From: Haliotis rufescens
Taxonomy: Eukaryota
Direction: 5' to 3'
DNA length: 64,000 nt
Assembly: GCF_023055435.1 (NCBI RefSeq)
Contig: NW_025964112.1
Span: 54,622,001-54,686,000, forward strand
Each line of letters starts with the position of its first letter. The stretch's first letter is position 1. Shown here one piece after another: positions 11,759 through 21,847 of this stretch. The notes under the pieces were generated by a model that was not told the origin of the DNA, made no database searches, and saw only the letters and a list, made by a program, of their open reading frames with translations. Position numbers and translations under genes: made by a program.

Positions 11759-12140
11759 GACTGCCTCTGTGGTCTTGGGGATTGAGCATCCGTCCGGAGA
11801 GTGGAAGGTCCGGGGTTTGATCCCCGGCCACGTCCTACCAAAAGACGTTAAAAGATGTACTTGTACTCTGCCTGGTGCTTGGCATTAAGGGATAAAACAA
11901 GGACCGGTCGGCTCGGAGTCAGTATACTGTGTCTGAGTAGGGTATCCATGTTAAACTGCCGTAGTGGGATGACACTATGAAACTGACATTAGAACGAACG
12001 AGTACAAGCAGTCGAACACACACACACATGCCACCACACACAACCATGCCACGTTGCTATATATATACAATAATCTTGAACCTTACGTTAAACCCCATTT
12101 CACCTTAACTGACCCCATCTGACCTGACCGCACCTCACCT
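11759..12140 (+). mobile_element. SINE family C (tRNA-like head, central GTCATACCAAAAGACGTTAAAAGATG-type domain, (CACCT)n tail)
   Basis: A/B-box-like head (GTGGTCTTGGGG...GGTTTGATCCCCGG); homologous copies at 45812, 49160, 53765, 57539 and 41531. End coordinates approximate. Confidence 0.8.
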
Positions 12141-15100
12141 CATGTGGCATTTAGATGATGACCCAAAATCTGGACTGGCAACTATTTAACTAGACTTTGA
12201 CTGGCAATTTATTAGAGTTGCCCATCCGACTGTCTGGCTGGAATTTGTCTGAATTTTAAACACTGGTCTATCATGATATGACAAATGGTTCATTGTTTCA
12301 GTCCTACCACTGATTCGGCCATTTAATAACATTGGTAAACTTGATACAGTAGACACTGAAGAGGAACTCTCTTTGTACAAAATGACAACAATTTGATAGT
12401 TTACCCATTTTTATTCAAATACCGTATTCGACATAAGTGCCCAGGACGCTCTCAAAATTAGAAATAGGGGGCTTTTATTAGAATATTATTTTGGTGAAAA
12501 ACAACAGAGTTGAAAGATCGTAAATTTCGTGACAGCCTGAAATGCATGTTTATATACGACAGATATATTTTTCCAGAATTGAATTTCCCATGATTAAGGA
12601 TGCATATAACACACGTATATAAATAAGAAGTGGCAAAAGTGAAAAAGTTTGAGTTTCAACAACATTTGAACTGTTTGATAACCAATGAACGATCTCTGGA
12701 CATAAATTTTAAGTCATTCTTTATAGTTTTAATAAGTGTCTCCTATATCAATTATCTAAGGTGCTTATTGTGGCTAAGGTGTAGCCACATTGTCGAGACG
12801 ACCAAAGTCCCCCCCCCCCTACACACACACACACAAATCATGTTTCAAGAATAGATGTTAAAGTGATATGAGTGTACGTGTTCCTATCTATTATGTTCTC
12901 TATATATATGGATATTGGAAGTCCCCATGCCCAGCCATAATGGATGAGTTTCGTACGTATAATTGTATCTTGTCTGTCATGGGTCTTATGTCTTATGTGA
13001 CAGTGAAAGCTCTGTGTACACACAGGATAACTTGGCTACCTCTATTCTCAACTTTATAACTGTCAGGTGCTACTCCAGACGGCAATATCACACCTGTTTG
13101 ATCAAAAGGATCTTTACTTTAGTATATATTGAGTCAAAATATATAAGAACAATCTGTTTCATTGGAACTTGAGAACTGACAAGGTTCCTTAATGGGTTTT
13201 TTAAGTCAAAGTCAAACCATTTTGTTTATAGTTTTGCAGGTGATTTTGCACCAAATCTTTTTGTTAAAAAAATGTAGAAAAATGGTGTTTTTGATTGAAA
13301 ACACTTTTGTTGGTATTTTTTACCAATCTTTTTTTCTTCTCCTTCACAAAGTAAACAGATACCCAGTCACAATCAAAGATTCCCATTGACATAATGTAGA
13401 ATTGGGGATAATATTTTTTGTCTGTAAGTGTGTTTTGCCCTAAACAATAATGCTGATGACAATTCTTTTTTGCTCTAAAGAGTTCTTTGAAAATCCTAAA
13501 TAACATGTAATGATTAGTGGATTTAATTTCTTAAAACATACTTTGATAATTATACTTTACGTAGATCCCAGGCTGATAAGCAATCATTCTATGATTAAGA
13601 CCGTATCATGATCCCGTGGGCTGGGACATTAAGCCTCAAGCTACTGCTATTTTGTTCAGTGTTCACTGTGAGACAGCCAATGTATGAAAGACGAGACGTC
13701 ATGATCAAGGTCAGAGATTACGAGAACTACATGTGCAGTCAAGAACGCACGAATCTATCTTCCACTTTCTTAAGATACCAAATTATCAATGATCGTTTCA
13801 TATCTTATGTTGGATCTCCAGGAATTAAATGATCTGAAATGGTTTGCCAGGGAACTAAGTGTAATAGATATGACCTTTAACTTGTGACAGAACCTGGCAT
13901 AGCTTCAACAAAACCTTTCTCACCTTTACACGTATTAATTTACTGGATTTGACCCAGAGACGCTTTTACATATGTGTAGGAACATTGCCCTTTCAATAAA
14001 TGGAGAAAAGAGAAGGCAGAGGTTTGAACATAGGGAGATATAGATATACAAATGTAGACAAGGATATACAAAGGTAGATATACAAAGGTAGATATAGGCA
14101 TGAGGTATTATTTGTATAGTGATTCTCCACACCCGGTAACTGTCAAATAGTTGCCAGTGTCTTGGATACGAAAGAAAGGCTTTGTTGTAAATAAACACTC
14201 TTTTGTTGGCCATTTAATGGAGGCCCTATCTGTCAAGAGGGCAATGTTTGAGTTTGATAGTGAAATCAAAATGCCATTCAACTGAACAAAATAGGTATTA
14301 TATTGAACGACATGATGTATAGGGTGTATATCTCTAATCACTGTTTGCCTTGCTGTAATAGGTTGGCAAATACTCCACTCAGACGGTTAGTGTACCATTT
14401 CTCTGACGTTCACCCCTACTCAATGTGGGTCAGACTCAATTGAAAGTTTTCAGATAAGAGCACTTTAAATGAACTAAGTTTTCTCACAGCTGGATCAGTG
14501 GGTTTTACAAGAAGCGTTACGTAGGGCAGAGATTACTGAAATGGCTCTCTTGTATTTTAATCTTATTGATTATGGGATCTTGTGGAGCCAGAGGAGGAAC
14601 TGAGCCAGAGAGTGACTTAACGACACAGATTTCCCGGATTTGATACATGCTTGGTTGAGCAGGTGATTGGTGAGAGCAGACGCACGGTAGCAGACGTCAG
14701 TTGACCACAGAAGCAGACGTGAGTTGACCATACTAGCAGACGCGGAAGGCTCAGAGACAGTCACACCTTGTTGTGAATGGTGAAGTTAATATTGACATTA
14801 CAGGATCACTGCTAGTCAATCGCTGTTGATTAAATTTTGATGTTGGAGGCCATCTTCAGGACACAGCTCAAAAGGATTTCTCTAGTAGATACATATTGTC
14901 GTCTGTGTGCCATCATGACATGTCGAATAAGTGGATTTTGTCAGGACGTCAATTTTGGTAATTATCTTTGAAGCAGATTTTTTTAAATCAGCCTAGTCTT
15001 AGCGAACATGGGTTTATTTCTCATTGAATTTCCTATTGATTCCTGCATGGGTATCAGTGTCAACATTTGTCAGTTTTCAAGACATACAAGCACGGATGAA

Positions 15101-15250
15101 ACAACATAATGCAAGCATGTCCATACTGTGTCTCTGCAGCAAATAGAGGATGGCGAGGGTTGCTAAAAGTTATGGAGAGCACTTATCACCTGAATACTTC
15201 ATATTCTTGATGCTACTTCTTAAGGGGACATTCTAAGCTGGTGTTTCATC

Positions 15251-16420
15251 ATGACAAAGAGGCCGATACGTGTCATTCCATTGGTCTCTGATTCAGAGAG
15301 CCGGTGGAAGTTTGGCCCTGTTCGGAAGAGTGACTATTTATCACAAGGGAAATCCTCTAAGAATGACACAGTTCCGTATGTGTCTGTCAAGCGACGGAAT
15401 GATGGGAAATATGTTGTGGTAGAGAAATATCCAAGGAAGTTAAAACCAGTGAGTAAGCTGAACTCCCATAATGCACCACTTGCTCACATGGATTATTCGT
15501 CAGAAGTGAAATTCCGATCCATTAAACCAGATTGGAAGTATTCACAACGCCATAGAGTGCTTGGGGACCATGATAACAGCAGTCTCCTGCCTCCCATTGA
15601 CCTAGGGTGGACATCAGATTCTAAGATTGGATCCTGGGAGAACTTTGAGCATACACCTCGAGGAGGTGATAAACAGATTGTCAGTCGTAAACTTAAATGG
15701 GAGGCCAAGGCAAAGATAGGATCCCTGGACAATATTGACTTTGCACAGAGGACAGGAAGAAGTCTTAGTGATCCCACAAGTAGTCGTACACTTGAACCAT
15801 TAGAAAAAACTCCACGAAAGCTCCGTGTCACACCTCGGTATGGAGCTATAGGAGATGCAGGAGCTTTTGGAAACAAACACTACACACCTGGTGGAGCTGA
15901 GGTCGTGCGGCCCTCAGAGAGTTATAATCATATTAAATCAAAAGTTGGATCCTTAGATAATGTTGATCACCAGCCCATGGGAGGGGGTCTGAGAATCCCA
16001 ACATACTCCCAGAACTGGCAAGCAGAGTCCCGAATCAGATCCCTGGAGAACGTGCACCACAGACCAGGAGGCGGGGATGTCATCTTCCTTCAGGAGAAAC
16101 TGCAGTGGAACTCTGGGCCAAAGGTGGGATCTCTGGACAACATCGACCACATCCCTGGTGGAGGCCACAAGAAGATCCTCAACATGAAGCTGAACTGGCT
16201 GTCAGGATCCAAGATTGGATCCTTGCAGAACCTCCATCACGTACCGGGTGGGGGGATGGTGAACATGCCTGACCATCCCCTCCGCTGGAAGGCAAAAGCT
16301 AAGGTGGACAATAAACCAAAGAAGAAGAAAAGGATTTCAGAACTGAATTTGTCATTTGATTCATTAGATTCCTACGAGTGTGAGTATGTTGACATAGTGA
16401 CTGGTAGAGCCACACTGTGA
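15251..16420 (+). CDS. Intronless tau-like microtubule-binding repeat protein (389 aa) nested in the last intron of the tau-family gene
   Basis: Longest non-repetitive ORF in the window. Contains SKIGSWENFEHTPRGG, AKIGSLDNI, NKHYTPGG, SKVGSLDNVDHQPMGGG, SRIRSLENVHHRPGGG, PKVGSLDNIDHIPGGG and SKIGSLQNLHHVPGGG, the last four at 30-aa spacing; in-frame TAA at 15221-15223 upstream of the ATG. Confidence 0.9.
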   Translation: MTKRPIRVIPLVSDSESRWKFGPVRKSDYLSQGKSSKNDTVPYVSVKRRNDGKYVVVEKYPRKLKPVSKLNSHNAPLAHMDYSSEVKFRSIKPDWKYSQRHRVLGDHDNSSLLPPIDLGWTSDSKIGSWENFEHTPRGGDKQIVSRKLKWEAKAKIGSLDNIDFAQRTGRSLSDPTSSRTLEPLEKTPRKLRVTPRYGAIGDAGAFGNKHYTPGGAEVVRPSESYNHIKSKVGSLDNVDHQPMGGGLRIPTYSQNWQAESRIRSLENVHHRPGGGDVIFLQEKLQWNSGPKVGSLDNIDHIPGGGHKKILNMKLNWLSGSKIGSLQNLHHVPGGGMVNMPDHPLRWKAKAKVDNKPKKKKRISELNLSFDSLDSYECEYVDIVTGRATL

Positions 16421-16421
16421 C

Positions 16422-16523
16422 GTGCTTGTTACCACTTTAGGAATGTAGAGTGGTAGTGCATGTTACCACTTTAGGAATGTAGAGTGGTAGTGCTTGTTAC
16501 CACTTTAGGAATGTAGAGTGGCA
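16422..16523 (+). repeat. 34-bp tandem repeat x3, each unit a stem-loop
   Basis: GTGC[T/A]TGTTACCACTTTAGGAATGTAGAGTGG[T/C]A three times, directly after the TGA of the nested ORF. Confidence 0.9.
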
Positions 16524-18262
16524 GTGTAGATACTGTTTACTGTACATGTAACCTCTTCACTAGAATAGATTTCTGTCTTTCTTCTGCAAAAATCACAGAA
16601 CCATTTTATGCTATGAGTAAAGATGCTTTGTTAGTTAATGTGGATGGTTAGACCAAATCAATAACTGATCAATTAGCAAGTCATCTATTACTGGGTGGGG
16701 TGGGGTGGAGGTTTTTGATGAACTACTGCACTGAAAATAATTACCCTCCCCTCATGCTTGTCATATTTGTAGATGACACTACCCATATCCCTGTACATTT
16801 TTTTTTTACCTTCCCTGAAAAGACAAAATGCAAGAGCAGTTTACATTTTTGTATGTAATATCCATTTTCTCATGCCCAAACCCCAAATATGTGTATTATT
16901 TTCTATGACCCTCCCCTAGAAACTGTCATAATCTTGGTGACGCTACCCTTTGACCCACCCCTATAGTAAATGAGACAACTGGTTTTCAAATAGCTTACTT
17001 TTAATGATGTTATTATTATTTTCTCAAAGAAAGTGTAAAAGAAAATTAAAAACAGAACTATTCAGTGTTTGAATTAAGGTAACTTTAGCTTCTATCCTTG
17101 GTATTGTTTCTGCTTTTGCCTAATCTATTGTAAAATATCGTTCAGTGGCGTTTTAGAAGCTGTAGCAATGAAGACAAAAGTTGACTAATGGATTTCAAAT
17201 TCTTTTATTTCTCAATGTGACATTTCGGTAAAAGTGTAGATACCTTTATCAAGCAAGTGAAAGAACAAGTGGTCAGGACATGGTCATATAGCCAAGATCA
17301 CATACACAACACACGATAGAGGTGCATAGTGAGCCTTATAGGGACTGGGCCTGTAACAAGGCTGATGCAGTGTGTTGTTACAGTGTGTGACTCTAGTAGA
17401 CGATGATTGTTCCATGGCAACAGTTAGGTGACTACCCTCTTCATCTGCATCCTCTTGCAACCATCTGGAGGAACATGTATAGCATCCTCCTTTCAGCATG
17501 TATCGGTAGTAATTTAGATATATATCAAAATGAGATCAATATATATGTAAACATTTTCAAGAGAAAAATGGAGAATGAGAATGATCTTTTTGTTATATCC
17601 AATATTTTTTGTACTTAGATGATATAAAACTTCAACGCCAGTGAATAACCAGCCTTGATTATAGGACAAAACATATTTCATTGGGCATAAAAGGCAAAAT
17701 AATTATTTTTTTCAATTTAAAAAATTAAATAAAAAAATATTTTAAATAATAGGCAAAATAGTGGTAAAAATTATTTGAATGCATCACAGAAAATCAGTGA
17801 CACCAGGTGTTCACAAGAAAGGAAGTGCTCAGCTCTTTTTCAGGTCAATGTCATCCCCTCGCCATTCACATCACTGTCATTTACTCTATGCCTGTGACTA
17901 TCTTAGAGACCACTGCTCTCTGCAGAATGTATGCACCAGACATTGAAAGCTCTTGACTTGTGTGAGAAATAGCGAAAAAAAGGAATAGTAAATAATGTCA
18001 TAGCAACTGTTTCAAACTCTTTGTGTGTGCTTTTTTTATAATGATAAGTGCTTATGCTAATGTTCATTTGTCAATAAATGAATGCATAGTTTTACTCTAC
18101 TTTCTCATCTTTCATATTCTGTAGCAGTCCCTGCAAGGATACGAATCCCTGATTCTGTCCGGTTGTCATCCTTAACTTCTCTGCACCATGTAGTCATTCA
18201 GTGTAACTGTAAACATGGACAACTTTGTCACTGTTCACTTTCCTCCAACATCACTACTGACG

Positions 18263-18717
18263 GATAATATAAGGGTAATGTTATTTTTCAGGGCATTATC
18301 ATTTGCAGAAGCTCGAGGTCTTCCATTAACTGCCCGACGAAGGAGGCCAGTTGAAAAGACCGAGGGCTTTTGCAAATGACAATGCCCTGAAAAAGAGCAT
18401 CACTGTTATTATAGCTAAAATGGATGGAATTTGTTATCAAATAAAAAGAAACAACAATATCGTTTTTGAAACATTTACTGCAATCAACACGAATGTCACT
18501 GACCCACTTTTACAAATATGGAAATGTCATAGAACAAACCAGATGACGTCACTATTGAACGTGACGTCACCTATCCCTACCCTATGACATCACCTAACAA
18601 TGGGCATGATAATGGCCCATCGTCAAGCAATATGAGGGCATTATCATTTTACAGTTGCCCACTGATTTTTGATAACATGCAGGTGGTTTAATAATAATTC
18701 TATCCATTTTAGCTATA
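18263..18717. mobile_element. Unclassified non-autonomous DNA element with a long palindromic head and a second inverted-repeat pair
   Basis: Hairpin TTTTTCAGGGCATTATCATTTGCAGAAGC...GCTTTTGCAAATGACAATGCCCTGAAAAA (18284-18394); inverted repeats TATAGCTAAAATGGATGGAATT (18410) / AATTCTATCCATTTTAGCTATA (to 18717). Confidence 0.65.
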
Positions 18718-19653
18718 AAACAAAGATACTGTTAATAACACCAACAGGGTGCATATATATATCATATAGTAACAGGGTGTATGTATCATATATAGCATCA
18801 GGGTGTCTACCAGGGTATATCACATGGGGTTTATCGATCATTACAGTCCAAGAGTATGGTTGCACATTACACTGATTTCTATCGTTGACAGACACACCTG
18901 AAGTGCTGACATCAATAAACATATGAAGTGGTGTTTACCTGTTTCCACCTTGTTGCAACTGAACTCCATGCATAGGTTAATTACAGTTAAGTCAGCTGTC
19001 GGGTACCTGATGCTACACAAGGCGAACTCCTAAAACACTGGTCTTATTAATATGAACTTTATGAAGTTTCATAGTGTCTTCACAGGCTTAGAAATAATAG
19101 TAAACTCCATGGCAAGTCAGGCCATTGTATTACTCTCTTGAATAACATCAAAGTCAATATTGATAAAAGAACAACACTGTCCTATTACCTGCCTGCACCT
19201 GGACTATTAACCTAGGCCCTCCCAGACGTCATACAGTGACTTCTCTTTACACTGGTGCAAGGCTCTTTCATACATGTGCTGCAGTAGTGTTGAATGAACA
19301 CTGACTGTACAATAGTACCTCAGTACAAACAAGTCATGTCATGGCCTACAGTCATGGTGGAGTTGACTCTTTTCTGTTCTACCAAGTTTGGTTATCTCTG
19401 CTGCTGTCAGTGCGACTCAGTATGTGGTTGAAATGCAGTTTGATCCAGACATGAGTTGAGGTGTCAGCACAATACTGATAGGTGCACAAGCAAGTTTGTT
19501 AATGCATTACAGCAATAATGCAACAACAAGATCTAAAGAATCAGCCTCACACATTTGACTCAAATTGTGCCTGTAGACAGAACTAACGTTGAGGGCTTAT
19601 GTTGGTTTTCTAATTGACAAAGGGTGTTATAGCACTGACACACACAAGCACAC

Positions 19654-20755
19654 ACTGTTCAGCTCATGTGGATTGGTGACTGTTCAGCTCATGTGGATTG
19701 GTTGACTGTTCATCTCATGTGGATTGGTTGACTGTGTAGCTGATGTGGATTGGGTGACTGTTCAGATCATGTTGATTGGGTGACTTTTCAGATCATGTAG
19801 ATTGAGTGACTGTTCAGCTCATGTGGATTGAGTGAGTGTTCTGCTCATGTAGATTGGTTGACTGTTCAGCTCATGTGGATTGGGTGACTGTTCAGCTCAT
19901 GTGGATTGGTTGACTTTTCAGCTCATGTGGATTGGTGACTGTTCAGCTCATGTGGATTGGGCAACTGTTAGGCTTATATGGATTGGGTGACTGTTCAACT
20001 CATGTGGATTGGGTGACTGTTCAGCTCATGTGGATTGGGTGACTGGTCAGCTTGTGTGGATTGGGTGACTGTTCAGCTTGTGTGGATTGGGTGACTTTTC
20101 AGCCTGTGTGGATTGGGTGACTGTTCAGCTTGTGTGGATTGGTTGACTGTTCAGCTAATGTGGATTGGGTGACTGTTCAGCTTGTGTGGATTGGTTGACT
20201 GTTCAGCTAATGTGGATTGGGTGACTGTTCAGCTTTTGTGGATTGGGTGACTGTTCATCTTGTGTGGTTTTGGTGACTGTTCAGCTCATGTGGATTGGGT
20301 GACTGTTCATCTTGTGTTGATTGGGTGAATGTTCATCTTGTGTGGATTGGGTGACTGTTCAGATCATGTGGATTGGGTGACTGTTCATCTTGTGTTGATT
20401 GGGTGACTGTTCAGCTTGTGTGGATTGGGTACTGTTCAGCTCATGTGGATTGGGTGACTATTAAGCTTGTGTGGATTGGGTGACTGTTCAGCTCATGTGG
20501 ATTGGTTGACTGTTCAGATCATGTGGATTGGGTGACTGTTCAGATCATGTGAATTGGGTGACTTTTCAGAACATGTGGATTGGGTGACTGTTTAGCTCGT
20601 GGTTTGGGGGACTGTTCAGCCAATGTGGATTGGGTGACTGTTCAGATCATGTAGATTGGGTGACTGTTCAGCTCATATTGATCGGGTGACTGTTCAGCTC
20701 ATGTGGATTGGGCAACTGTTAGGCTTATATGGATTGGGTGACTGTTCAGCCCATG
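19654..20755. repeat. 26-bp minisatellite (GACTGTTCAGCTCATGTGGATTGGGT), ~42 copies
   Basis: Directly visible tandem array inside the last intron. Confidence 0.95.
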
Positions 20756-20918
20756 CAAGCAATCACTGGGTCGACTCATTTATTGTCATAAAGTTTCACC
20801 ATTCATTCAAATATTAATGTAGACAGATGCGATTGAAGACTGAGTGTTAAATAGCCTGCATCCAATGTCATTGGGCTTGCTGATTGAAGATTTTAGATTC
20901 AATTCTTCAAATCAACTC

Positions 20919-21175
20919 GGGGGGACACGGGTGGCCCAGTCGTCTAAGGTGCTGCGATTCGCTGTGCAGAGTTGCGTCCCTTAGGCACACTTGCGTTCGA
21001 ATCCCGGTTCGTCCCGAATATGTTTCTAGGTTTGTCAGCACCATACCCGTGCTTGTAGGTTTCACCGAAGTGGAAAAGGTCTGAGACCTGCATCACTTCG
21101 GGCTTTCCTCCCATATTAAGCTGACACGCCGTGATATAACTGGAATACTGTTAAAATACCAACTCACTCACTCAC
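20919..21175 (+). mobile_element. SINE family A (head with internal deletion)
   Basis: 12-bp TSD TCAAATCAACTC (20907-20918 / 21176-21187); body matches the other copies. Confidence 0.92.
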
Positions 21176-21718
21176 TCAAATCAACTCAGCATTGCCCTGT
21201 TCATGGTTTATATACATGATTTCCTCCATCACCAGTAAATACATAGTCGCTGTCAACAAATAATGCCACGGGCTGCTTTCATTGAGAGGGAAACCAGATT
21301 AAATATTGGCAATATTTCTCATGCTACATGTGCCAAAGCCTTGATGGCATCTACTCTACACATTGCAATATCAGGAAACACTAGGGTTTGCACAAAGTGT
21401 AATCATGCAAGGGGATCCATCATTTGTAAAAGGGAGGGGTCCAAGTTATCAAAATGCCTTTGACACCACTCTGGATCCGCCTATGATTCATGGACTAGGG
21501 TTTATTTTACTTCCACGAGCTTTTCACTGCCTCATTTCATAACCTGAATAAAAGTAGACATGCGTCACTACTACACTGAGTAGAGGCCATATGTATTATG
21601 TATTCATGAGTGATGGAGGAATGTACTGCCCAGGAAAGTACAGGCCCTTGACGTATTGATGATGGACGTTAGACTCTGAAATGCTCAAGTTTCTTAATTA
21701 TTACATTATCACCTGCAG

Positions 21719-21847
21719 ATTGAGACGCAGAAACTGAACTTCAAAGAGACGGCTAAAGCCAGAACAAAACATGGGATGAATGATGACAGTTCCTCACGAC
21801 GCAGTGACAGCGTCACCTCTCAGAGTACAACCGATGGGAGCCAGTGA
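21719..21847 (+). CDS. tau: tau-family terminal coding exon (IETQKLNFKETAKARTKHGMNDDSSSRRSDSVTSQSTTDGSQ*)
   Basis: ttatcacctgcag acceptor, phase 0; start aligns with the human tau R' segment IETHKLTFRENAKAKTDHG; TGA at 21845-21847. Confidence 0.92.
   Translation: METQKLNFKETAKARTKHGMNDDSSSRRSDSVTSQSTTDGSQ

Noticed and set aside
15671-15680. In-frame CAG|ATT inside the nested ORF as a phase-0 acceptor for host exon D
   Set aside because: It falls at the homologous repeat boundary, but the upstream sequence is purine-rich coding DNA without a polypyrimidine tract; not supportable without reads.
15493-16168. Antisense ORFs (127 aa, 71 aa) overlapping the nested ORF
   Set aside because: Shadow frames of a real coding sequence; no recognisable motifs.
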